Assembly (NCBI RefSeq): GCF_006345805.1
Contig: NW_021831725.1
Span: 1-36,610, forward strand
Reading direction: 5' to 3'
Source: Octopus sinensis
Lineage: Eukaryota
DNA length: 36,610 bases
The position numbers were made by a program, and so were the translations under genes. Below the pieces are notes generated by a model. That model was not told where the DNA came from. It was given only the letters and a program-made list of their open reading frames with translations, and did no database searches. Positions within the stretch are counted from its first letter, which is position 1; the number at the start of each line of letters is the position of its first letter. This document shows, one piece after another, positions 24,904-34,739 of the stretch.

Positions 24904-25530
24904 TTTCATCATCATAATCGTTTAGCATCCGCTTTCCATGCTAGTATGGGTTGGATGGTTCAACTGGGGTCTGGGAAGCCAGAAGGCTGCACCAGGCTGA
25001 GTCTGATCTGGCAGCGTTTCTCCAGCTGGATGCCCTTCCTAACGCCAACCACTCTACTACAGCCTAGGGCTGACCCAAGCCTTGTGAGTGGATTTGGTAG
25101 ACGGAAACTGAAAGAAGCCCGTCGTATATATATATATGTCATCATCATCATCATCGTTTAGCATCCGCTTTCCATGCTAGTATGGGTTGGATGGTTCGAC
25201 TGGGGTCTGGGAAGCCAGGAGGTTGCACCAGGCCCAGTCTGATCTGGCAGCGTTTCTACAGCTGGATGCCCTTCCTAACGCCAACCACTCCATGAGTGTA
25301 GTGGGTGCTTTTTACGTGCCACCGGCACAGGTGCCAGGGGAGGCTGGCAACGGCCACGATTGGTTCGTGGTTTTTACATGCCACCGACACAGACTGCAAA
25401 AAAATCCTTTCGGGATTGATAAGTTAAGTATCAGTTGCATACTGGGGTTGATCTAATCGACTGGCCCCTACTCTCCCCAAAATTTCGGGCCTTGTGCCTA
25501 GAGTAGAAAAGTATATTATTATTACTCTAC

Positions 25531-25695
25531 CTTCCAGTTATTCAAGAGGGCCCTTTGTCGTTGATGTTCTTCTTTCACGACTGATTTCCAACTGTCCTCT
25601 TCAGTCATCAATGGTGCCTTGCTCTTCCCTCTTTGATAGTAGACATTGTACCACAGCCAGTTATCCTCAGATAGACTTTGCCAACTTTTGCTCAC
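25531..25695 (-). CDS. FBXW8: FBXW8-like gene, coding exon 4 (F-box end and linker)
   Basis: VSKSWQSLSEDNWLWYNVYYQRGKSKAPLMTEEDSWKSVVKEEHQRQRALLNNWK, containing the F-box VS/W/D..W signature and the NW motif that precedes WD40 repeats. ttcag acceptor, AAG|GTAGAG donor, 165 nt. Absent from the ORF track. Confidence 0.92.
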
Positions 25696-25747
25696 CTGAA
25701 CAAGAATTTGTATTTTGTATTTTGATTAAAAAAAACAAATTATTACA

Positions 25748-26035
25748 GCAGGAGTGGCTGTGTGGTAAGTAGCTTGCTTACCAACCACATGGTTCCGGGT
25801 TCAGTCCCACTGCATGACATCTTGGGCAAGTGCCTTCTACTACAGCCTCGGGCCGACCAAAGCTTTGTGAGTGGATTTGGTAGACGGAAACTGAAAGAAG
25901 CCCGTTGTATATATGTATATATATATATATATATATATAGGCGCAGGAGTGGCTGTGTGGTAAGTAGCTTGCTTACCAACCACATGGTTCCAGGTTCAGT
26001 CCCACTGCGTGGCACCTTGGGCAAGTGTCTTCTTC
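25748..26035 (+). mobile_element. Two tandem dominant-SINE 5' halves
   Basis: Heads at ~25748 and ~25940. Confidence 0.85.
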
Positions 26036-26253
26036 TAGAAATATGCATACACACAAACACAAACACGTGAATATGCACACACACACACACACACACATGT
26101 GAATATAAACACACATACTTAAACACACACATGCATAAACAAATGCACATACACACACATACAAATACAAATATGCACACACACACACACACACACACAC
26201 TCACAAACAAATATACACATCCAAAAGAGGAGGTCAAAGGTGACACTACTTAC

Positions 26254-26358
26254 CTGTGCACACCGACACAAATCTTTCAAGTCTAGATACTGGAAGATCT
26301 TAAGGGCCAATTCTCGGGCCAAGGTTATTTCAAAGAAGGGGATTTCGTTAATTTCATC
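26254..26358 (-). CDS. FBXW8: FBXW8-like gene, coding exon 3 (F-box, first part)
   Basis: DEINEIPFFEITLARELALKIFQYLDLKDLCRCAQ is an F-box motif, close to FBXW8 NEMNDVPFFDIQLPYELAINIFQYLDRKELGRCAQ (from recall). cag acceptor, CAG|GTAAGT donor, 105 nt, phase 0/0. Confidence 0.95.
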
Positions 26359-27399
26359 CTGGTAATTAAATTTTCAAAGAAGAAATTTTTTAGATTGGTT
26401 ACTTAATTAATACGATGACATATCATTTTACTCTTTCTCTTGTTTCAGTCATTTGACTAAGTCCATGCTGGAGCACCACCTTTAGAGAAACAAATCGACC
26501 CCAGGACTTATTCTTTGTAAGCCTAGTGCATATTTTATCAGTCTCTTTTGCCAAACCGTGAGTTACAGGGACGTAAACACACCAACATCGGTTGTCAAGC
26601 GATGGTGGGGTGACAAACACGGATGCACAAATATATACATTCATTCATACATACATACATGCCAGTGGGTGTAACCAGCCCACTAATGAGTACCCCTCAT
26701 TCATTGGACAATAGACTTTGTTTGCAAAGACCTGTTGAGGCAAGTGAAATCAAAATCAAAATCTCTGATGTGGCCAATGACAGTACCGTTTGATTGGCAC
26801 TTGTGCCACTGGAACATTAAGAGCAACATCCAAGCGTGATTCTTGCCAGGGCCGCTGATTGGCTCCCATGCCGGTGATATGTAAAAAGCACCATTCAAGT
26901 GTGATCATTGCCACCGTCGCCTTACTGGCACATGAAAAACAACATTTGAGCATGGTCATTGTCAGTGCCACCGGAGCGACTCCCATGCAAATGGCACGTA
27001 AAATACAACTTTTGAACATGGTCATTGCCAGTACTGCCTGACTGGCCCTCATGCCGGTGGCACATAAAAGCACCCACTACACTCTCAGAGTGGTTGGCGC
27101 TAGGAAGGGCATCCAGCTGTAGAAACTTTGCCAGATCAGATTGGAGCCTGGTGCAGCCATGTGGCGCACCAGTCCTCAGTCAAACCGTCCAATCCATGCC
27201 AGCATGGACAGCAGTTGTTAAGTGATGATGATGATGATACAACAGGCTTCTTTCAGTTTCTGTCAAATCCACTCACAAGGCTTTGGTCGGCCCGAGTCTA
27301 TAGCAGAAAATTTGCCCAAGGTGCTATGCAGTTTGTCTGAACCCAGAACCATGTGATTGGTTAGCAAGCTACTTACCACAGAGCCACTCCTGCGCCTAT

Positions 27400-28710
27400 A
27401 TATATATATATATAATATATATATATAACAAATATAAAATATATATATATATATATATAATAACAGGAGTGGCTGTGTGGTAAGTAGCTTGCTAACCAAC
27501 CACATGGTTCCGGGTTCAGTCCCACTGCGTGGCATCTTGGCAAGTGTCTTCTGCTATAGCCCCGGGCCGACCAATGCCTTGTGAGTGGATTTGGTAGACG
27601 GAAACTGAAAGAAGCCTGTCGTATATATGTATGTGTGTGTTTGTGTGTCTGTGTTTGTCCCCCTAGCATTGCTTGACAACCGATGCTGGTGTGTTTACGT
27701 CCCCATCACTTAGCAGTTCGGCAAAAGAGACCGATAGAATAAGTACTGGGCTTTCAAAGAATAAGTCCCGGTGTCGATTTGCTCGACTAAAGGCGGTGCT
27801 CCAGCATGGCTGCAGTCAAATGACTGAAACAAGTAAAAGAGTATAACAAATAAGAAAATAGACATGCAAAGGTACATGAAGCCCAGTTACAACTACAGCC
27901 GGCTTTTTACCGGTAAAGGTTTTAGTTGCCAATTCTGTACAAGACATTGTAGATCTTTGGCTGGGCTAAAAGTCACATTCGATCACAGCACCAGTAACAG
28001 TTGAGCTTTGTGCAATGGCCATACTCGATAATGAGGGGGCAGCCATAATAATATATATATAATATATATATATATAACAAATAATAAAATATATATATAT
28101 ATATATATATATATAACAGGAGTGGCTGTGTGGTAAGTAGCTTGCCTAACCAACCACATGGTTCCGGGTTCAGTCCCACTGCGTGGCATCTTGGGCAAGT
28201 GTCTTCTGCTATAGCCCCGGGCCGACCAATGCCTTGTGAGTGGATTTGGTAGACGGAACTGAAAGAAGCCTGTCGTATATATGTATGTGTGTGTTTGTGT
28301 GTTGTGTTTGTCCCCCTAGCATTGCTTGACAACCGATGCTGTGTGTTTACGTCCCCATCACTTAGCATGTTCGGCAAAAGAGACCGATAGAATAAGTACT
28401 GGGCTTTCAAAGAATAAGTCCCGGTGTCGATTTGCTCGACTAAAGGCGGTGCTCCAGCATGGCTGCAGTCAAATGACTGAAACAAGTAAAAGAGTATAAC
28501 AAATAAGAAAATAGACATGCAAAGGTACATGAAGCCCAGTTACAACTACAGCCGGCTTTTTACCGGTAAAGGTTTTAGTTGCCAATTCTGTACAAGACAT
28601 TGTAGATCTTTGGCTGGGCTAAAAAGTCACATTCGATCACAGCACCAGTAACAGTTGAGCTTTGTGCAATGGCCATACTCGATAATGAGGGGGCAGCCAT
28701 AATAATATAT
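27400..28710. repeat. Tandem duplication, 2 x ~653 bp (SINE plus ~200 bp of unique flank)
   Basis: Near-identical copies, e.g. gggcagccataataatatat at ~28037 and ~28691. Differences are mostly 1-2 nt indels. Confidence 0.92.
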
Positions 28711-28793
28711 ATATATATATATATGTATGTGTATATATACTACATACACATACCTTATGTAAGAAATAACAAAACAGCAAATATGAGACTCAC

Positions 28794-29161
28794 CAAATCT
28801 GCAACTAGATAATCAATGAAGCTTTCTCTCCTTTTCCCTTCATCACAGTTTGCTGTCTTCTTCTTCTTCTTCTTCTCTCTTCCCTGAGTTTCATCGTTGC
28901 TCTCCAATGCCGAATCAAAGTATGACCGTTTCGAAGGCCTTGATGTGTTGTCCAATGTCCGTCTGTCTAAATCTGTTTTGTCCGTTTCTGTGTTTGAGTT
29001 TGGACAAGTGCCTTCCTTGAGAAGCTGCCCCACGATAACAAACGGCTGGTACACAACATCGTTCACGTTTTCTGTCACCTGCAATAGGAGAGATGCTGCA
29101 CGACCTTCGATTTTTTTGCTGCCATCTAACTTGCTCCATGAGACCTGTTGCTTGTCGGAAT
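28794..29161 (-). CDS. FBXW8: FBXW8-like gene, coding exon 2 (low-complexity linker, ends ...FIDYLVADL)
   Basis: Acceptor ...ctcctttag and donor GTGAGT. 368 nt, phase 1 in and phase 0 out, open in the frame of ORF 28755..29084. Its end matches the pre-F-box helix of FBXW8 (cf. LVDQLIRDL). Confidence 0.85.
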
Positions 29162-29339
29162 CTAAAGGAGGTGGTGGAGTGAAGGTGGAAGTAAACAGAA
29201 AAGATTAAACACAAAATCAAAACTAAAAAAGAAAAACAAAGACATTGGAGGGATTATGCATCCCCTGCATGCACACAAAGATAAAGGATTCTTTGAACCC
29301 CTCTTACCACATACAAACGTATATTATCCAAATTTTATA

Positions 29340-29598
29340 GTATTAAGTATCCATCACAGCTGGTCTTACCGAATGGTTTCATGTAAAGAATACAACCGAA
29401 TGTTAGGTAACAATCCGATTATATAACCTTACACTCATCAGAGATAGCCGATATGGAAAGGAATGTGGCGACTGCTTTCTGTTATAGAGAGCAGTCACCA
29501 TATTCCTATCTCTGATGAGCGCAGAGTTATATAATTGGATTGTTACCTAACACTCCATTGTACTGTTTATGTGAAACCGATTGATGGATACTTAATAC
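29340..29598. mobile_element. 260-bp palindrome whose two arms each carry a hammerhead-like core with a long stem II
   Basis: Ends gtattaagtatccatca / tgatggatacttaatac are perfect inverted repeats, and the arms pair imperfectly up to a central hairpin at ~29460-29506. CTGATGA 29512-29518 and GAAA 29573-29576 on +; mirror copy 29441-29435 and 29380-29377 on -. Confidence 0.75.
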
Positions 29599-29702
29599 CA
29601 TGGAATCTGGATAACATACTCACAGTTATACGAGTGCATCTTCTCCCTGACTTAAGGTCTCTTAGACTGCTTACAGACATACATATATATATTTATGAAT
29701 GC

Positions 29703-30112
29703 ATCATCATCATCATTGTTCAACCGTGGTTGAGACAATGTAATTTACTATGCTACGCCAGACTTCACGGTCCATCATGGCATTACGGAGGTCCTGTTGC
29801 TGGATGCCTGTATCCCTGGAGATTACATCAGGGTAGGAGAGTGTGCGCCCTCTGGTATCGCGAGTAGATGGCTTCCGGAGGAGAAGAGTAGAAATTACTT
29901 CGTTTTCAGCTCTACAACAATGTCCAGCAAACTGGACTCTTCTACTTTTCACAAGAGATGACACAGGGGTAATTTCCATATATTGTACTTTGGTTGGATG
30001 ACGCTCCACGAGAGATTTTGAGCTCTCATAAGGAGGCGAGTGTAAGTTCCATCCAACCGCCTCTCCAAGCTTCTTTGATAACGTCCAGGTTTCTGAGCCA
30101 TATAGTAGAATA
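29703..30112 (-). mobile_element. 5'-truncated RTE-type LINE 3' end (frameshifted)
   Basis: Fragments RRLDGTYTRLLMRAQNLSW, RRVQFAGHCCR and DLRNAMMDREVWRSIV are typical of the post-RT C-terminus of RTE/RTEX LINEs. (GAT)n tail at ~29703-29715. Confidence 0.8.
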
Positions 30113-30409
30113 TGTATATATGTATTACTGTATTCATGATGTTATTAGATGCTGTTAAACACCACTGGTCACAATACACTTTCAAGTATTTCTTGTGCCA
30201 TTCTCTTCCCTCCTGGTCCAAATTTATTTATCTACATGGAGGCCATCTGAATGACCATTTCTGATCTCTTAGATATTACTCAGCAACTGCATTGGTCCAC
30301 CTGCTGTCTGTGAACCTTGTGACAAGTCTCTCTCTCTCACACACACACACACAAATGTATTTTTTGTTTTTTTACAAACATAGAACTGTATAAATACTAG
30401 TGACATTAC

Positions 30410-30524
30410 CTGGTAGCATATTTTTTTTAGGGATCTTCTTTGGATGTGCCATGGAGACATTCTGAGACCCCAGCTCTTTCCTCCATTGAGATCGAAACTC
30501 CTCTAGTTCCACTTCTTGAGCCAT
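30410..30524 (-). CDS. FBXW8: FBXW8-like gene, coding exon 1 (start codon)
   Basis: Translates MAQEVELEEFRSQWRKELGSQNVSMAHPKKIPKKNMLP, resembling the 'LDEFRRRWQEEL' N-terminal motif of vertebrate FBXW8 (from recall). Pyrimidine tract + AG acceptor at 30533-30532, 7 nt before the ATG. GTAATG donor at 30409, phase 1. Confidence 0.85.
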
Positions 30525-30992
30525 TGCACACCTTGATGAAAAAAATTAGGGTTTAAGATAAAGATGATAACATAATAATAATAATAATAATAATAATAGT
30601 GCATGTCCCTTAGTGGCTGACGCATTGTGCATTTCTGATAACGAACAGAAGTAGTGGGGGAGAGCATCATAGTCATCTGTTGAAAGGGATTCTTTGGGGT
30701 TTGGATAATTCACCTTTGGAAACATGGATGTTTTGTACAACATCCTTAATCAATCCTTACTCAGGGTCCTTTTGGGTGGGATGGGCTACTCGACCTGAAG
30801 AAGATTTTAACTAAGCCCCACCTACAAGGTTGTGCGCTGCTTATTTTGATATGAGATCACCATGTTGTACACATATGGTTGTGATGCATGTACCTAGTGT
30901 GCCCTTTTCAGATGGGTAGTCATGATGGGTATACTGGGCTTCATATATTGTACCCCAGTGTCACTTTGATGGCATGTACTGCTCTCTCACTC

Positions 30993-31053
30993 AATAATAA
31001 TAATAGTAATAATAATAATAGTAGTAGTAGTAGTAATAAGAATAATAATGATG

Positions 31054-31091
<38 letters not shown>

Positions 31092-31125
31092 TAATAATAA
31101 TAAAGATAATAATAATAATAATAAT
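30993..31125. repeat. (AAT)n microsatellite
   Basis: Direct reading. Confidence 0.9.
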
Positions 31126-31365
31126 CCTTTTTACTATAAGGCAGAGGGTCTGGAATTTGGGGGAGGGTGTAGGTCGATTACCTTGATCCCAATGTTTCAC
31201 TGGTACTTCATTTATCGACCCTGGAAAGATGAAAGGCAATAATCAACCTTGGCGGATTTTGAACTCAAAACATAGCTGCAGACAACATACAGCAATTTTA
31301 TTAGATTCAGCTGTGCATTATTAACCAGCTAGAGTAGCTGTCCTCTTGGGGTTAAAAATCATATA

Positions 31366-31508
31366 GGTGCAGGAGTGGTTGTGTGGTAAGTAGCTTGCTT
31401 ACGAACCACGTGGTTCCGGGTTCAGTCCCACTGCGTGGCACCTTGGGCAAGTGTCTTCTGCTATAGCCTCGGGTGGATTTTGTAGACGGAAACTGAAAGG
31501 AGCCCGTC

Positions 31509-31544
<36 letters not shown>

Positions 31545-31740
31545 GTGTGTGTGTTTGTGTGTCTGTGTTTGTCCCCCTAGCATTGCTTGACAACCGATGC
31601 TGGTGTGTTTACGTCCCCATCACTTAGCGGTTCGGCAAAAGGGACCGAAAGAATAAGTCCTGGGGTCGATTTGATCGACTAAAGGCGGTGCTCCAGCATG
31701 GCCACAGTCACATGACTGAAACAAGTAAAAGAGTAAAGAG
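31366..31740 (+). mobile_element. Dominant SINE with internal deletions
   Basis: Family consensus. Confidence 0.85.
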
Positions 31741-31802
31741 ATTCTGCTCAAAAGGACATCCATGTTAAAATGGCTACGAATATTACTTGTTAAATATAAT
31801 AC

Positions 31803-32264
31803 TCTTTACCCTTCTACTTGTTTCAGTCATTTGACTGCGGCCATGCTGGAGCACCGCCTTTAGTCGAGCAAATCGACCCCCAGGACTTATTCTTTGTAAG
31901 CCTAGTACTTATTCTATCGGATCTCTTTTGCCGAACCGCTAAGTGACGGGGAAGTAAAAGCTCTATCTGCGACGATTTCATCTCAATCGAAGGAGAGGGG
32001 CTTTCTCCGTCCGGGTTGCGGATCCGTAGAATAAGCTGCCGGACGAGATGGTGAAGATGCCGACGACCGCTCGGTTCAAAGTCTCCCTTGATCACATGTG
32101 GCCTGAACTCTTTACATGAACACCACCCTCTACATAAGTCCATGTCCCCCTACATGGCCTTGCTTTTTGAGGCAAAAAATTAACTAACAAACTAACTAAC
32201 ACCAGCATCGGTTGTCAAGCGATGTTGGGGGGGGGGGAACAAACACAGATAAATATATACATTA

Positions 32265-32298
<34 letters not shown>

Positions 32299-32340
32299 GT
32301 TGGTAAGCAAGCTACTTACCACACAGCTACTCCTGCGCCT
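31803..32340 (-). mobile_element. Dominant SINE interrupted by a ~240-bp insertion
   Basis: SINE sequence stops at ~31958 and resumes at ~32198 (caccagcatcggttgtcaagc). Confidence 0.8.
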
Positions 32341-32450
32341 ATAATAATTAATATAATAATAATTATTATTTCAGTTCTGTATTTAAGAGATGAGGAATTA
32401 TTTACATTGTTTACATTTGACGGATATATGCCCTCATCTTGTTTGTTGTT

Positions 32451-32496
32451 AACACAACATTTCGGCTGGTATACCCTCCAGCCTTCATCAGGTGTC
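32451..32496 (-). ncRNA. Minimal type I hammerhead ribozyme motif (Penelope-like element remnant)
   Basis: Minus strand reads GACAC CUGAUGA A GGCUGG agggUaua CCAGCC GAAA UG UU GUGUU. Conserved core, 6-bp stem II, stem I GACAC/GUGUU, vestigial stem III. Confidence 0.7.
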
Positions 32497-32662
32497 TTGG
32501 GGAACTTATGCATGGGCGAAAGCTGGTCTTTTAAATAATAATCAAAACATTTCACTTCGGGTATTTACGTGGGTTGTGGAGTAATAGATATAATGAAATT
32601 ATGCCAGCAATGTCTCGTTTTAAACTTGAAGATAAAAAAAAGCCTTGCATATTTCTTCTTAC

Positions 32663-32830
32663 CTGTTTCAGGTGTGTATGTAAAATCCGCGAATTTCCAA
32701 GCAGAAAACAGAATCGGACTGTCATCTGCTTCCACGGAAATACCCGAACTGAAATGGTTTTGGTTTTTGTCGAGTTATATCGAAGGAATGCCTCCGAATG
32801 AATGCGTAGAAATTACAAAATTATTATTAT
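32663..32830 (-). other. Probable non-coding first exon (5'UTR) of the FBXW8-like gene
   Basis: Consensus donor CAG|GTAAGA at 32663/32662 in apparently unique, CpG-retaining sequence. Coding exon 1 has an acceptor just before its ATG, so an upstream exon is expected. The 5' boundary is a guess. Confidence 0.5.
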
Positions 32831-33180
32831 TACTTATAAGAAATTAATTGACGTTTAATTATGCGGATTTGTGGATCTCAACTTTCGGGTGGTTCCGGTG
32901 GTTCCGGCTCGGCGAATATTTCAAAGTGAAAATCTTAAGAGATCAATAAATATTTAGTCCTGTTATCTAACCTTTGACCACAGAGAGATCGATGTGTTTG
33001 CTATCTGAGCTCCAAAACAAGACATCAGGTTTGTAAATACATACACCGGTGCTTTCTAATATAAGTACCTCGTGTTAATTCTTCCGTACTACGTCTGATT
33101 CCGGACATAATAAATCTAGTTGTTTACTCCTACTGGAAACCTTATAAGCAAATTACACTTTTATTTCAAGAATGCGATGT
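32830..33180. promoter_or_regulatory. Candidate promoter region
   Basis: Apparently non-repetitive, with tandem ETS-type CCGGAA motifs on the minus strand (ttccggtggttccgg at ~32893-32907; ttccgg at ~33100), directly upstream of the putative first exon. Confidence 0.35.
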
Positions 33181-33184
33181 TCCA

Positions 33185-33511
33185 GGCAATCTTTCGGTTC
33201 TAGTATATTTTACGTCAACTGACCACGTGTATTTGTTTATAAATGATCGTCGATTTCCGTAAAAAAACTTTTATTTTTTACATTTATTTTTTTACATATG
33301 GGGTTGGGGGGGGGGGGAATGGGAACTTTGGTTAGGGTTTGGGGTTAGGGTTACGGTTAGGACCCTAACCCTAGCCCTAACCCCAAAGATCCCACTTCCC
33401 CCCAACCCCATATGTAAAAAAAATAAAACTTTTTTACGGAAATCGACGATCATATATAAACAAATACTCGTGGTCAGTTGACGTAAAATATACTAGAACC
33501 GTAAGATTGCC
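33185..33511. mobile_element. Fold-back MITE (almost entirely palindromic) with TTAGGG/CCCTAA-like repeats at the centre
   Basis: ~150-170-bp arms ggcaatct..ggttctagtatattttacgtcaactgaccacg / cgtggtcagttgacgtaaaatatactagaacc..agattgcc. Shares cgtcgatttccgtaaaaaa..ttttatt with the 23951 element. No TSD seen. Confidence 0.8.
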
Positions 33512-33767
33512 TAACTAATTATTTAATTAATTAAATTGCTCAATTATCGAAGACAGGAGCAAACTTAGTTTTTTTCTGCTTTTTGCTTTTTGCTTTAAGT
33601 AAAAGTAAGAGAAGATAACTCTCAATCTCGGTTTTCATGTGCTGTTCCTATAAGGTGGTACTCCTACACATGAGCACCCCTCGATTTTGTTTCCTCATAA
33701 CTTTTAGAAAAATTGATAATTTTAAATGAAATTTTCTACAAATACACTTCAGATGGCGTAGATTCTG

Positions 33768-34349
33768 GGTATTACTAGCGAACAGTGGTCCCGGTGCGCG
33801 TATCCGCGCTAGCTAGACGTAAGTAGTCGATCCTACAACTTTTAAACGCTAACCCTAAACCTAAACCTAATTTTTTAACCTTAAACTTAACCTAATTTTT
33901 AACCCTAACCCTAAACCAAATTTTTTAATCCTAACCCTAAACAGTGGTCCCGGTGCGCGCATCCGCGCTAGCTAGACGTAAGTAGTCGATCCAACAACTT
34001 TTTAATCCTAACCCTAAACAGTGGTCCCGGTACGCGCATCCGCGTTAGCTAGACGTAAGTAGTCGATCCTACAACTTTTTAACCCTAACCCTAAACCTAA
34101 ACCTAATTTTTTAACCCTAACCCTAAACAGTGGTCCCGGTGCGCGCACCCGCGCTAGCTAGACGTAAGTAGTCGATCCAACAACTTCTTAACCCTAACCC
34201 TAAACCTAATTTTTTAACCCTAACCTTGGTTTGTTTATAAAAATAATTTATTTACTTAGTTTAAAAAATTATGTAGGATCGACTACTTACGTCTAGATAA
34301 CGCGGATGCGCGAGTGCGCGCACCGGGACCACTGTTCGCTAGTAGTACC
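33768..34349. mobile_element. TIR element with 9-bp TSD and an internal array of 4 subterminal motifs spaced by CCCTAA-like repeats
   Basis: TIRs ggtattactagcgaacagtggtcccggtgcgcg / cgcgcaccgggaccactgttcgctagtagtacc. Perfect TSD tagattctg at 33759-33767 and 34350-34358. Confidence 0.9.
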
Positions 34350-34739
34350 TAGATTCTGATTATATCGGAATGTGTTGCGAAAAAAAGTTTTCCCGTGATT
34401 GGAAAGAGAAATTTAGGAAAATTCACACAAGTTGGCTTTGATCCTTCGTAACTTTCCGGAAAACGGGTATTTTTCAATGAAATTTTCTACAAATATTTTT
34501 CAGATTCTGTAAATGTGAAAATTACGATAATATTGGAATTTAACATGAAAAACAAAACTGTTTGGCACAGACGTGATTTTATTTATTATTTTTTTTTTTT
34601 TCAAAATTTGAAGTTTAATCTAGATATATGTGAAGGGTGTCAGTATGTATGTGTATAAGCCCACCAAATTTAAATTTTCATATTAAATTCCGGTATAATC
34701 ATAATCTACACATTCTGAACCGTCAATATCACTCCGACC

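Noticed and set aside
33340-33385. Head-to-head TTAGGG/CCCTAA as a chromosome fusion scar
   Set aside because: Only a few degenerate units, embedded in the centre of a palindromic transposon-like element.
33781-34190. Repeat-spacer pattern resembling a CRISPR array
   Set aside because: The spacers are low-complexity CCCTAA runs rather than unique sequences, the repeat is part of the element's own TIR, there are no cas genes, and the context is eukaryotic.
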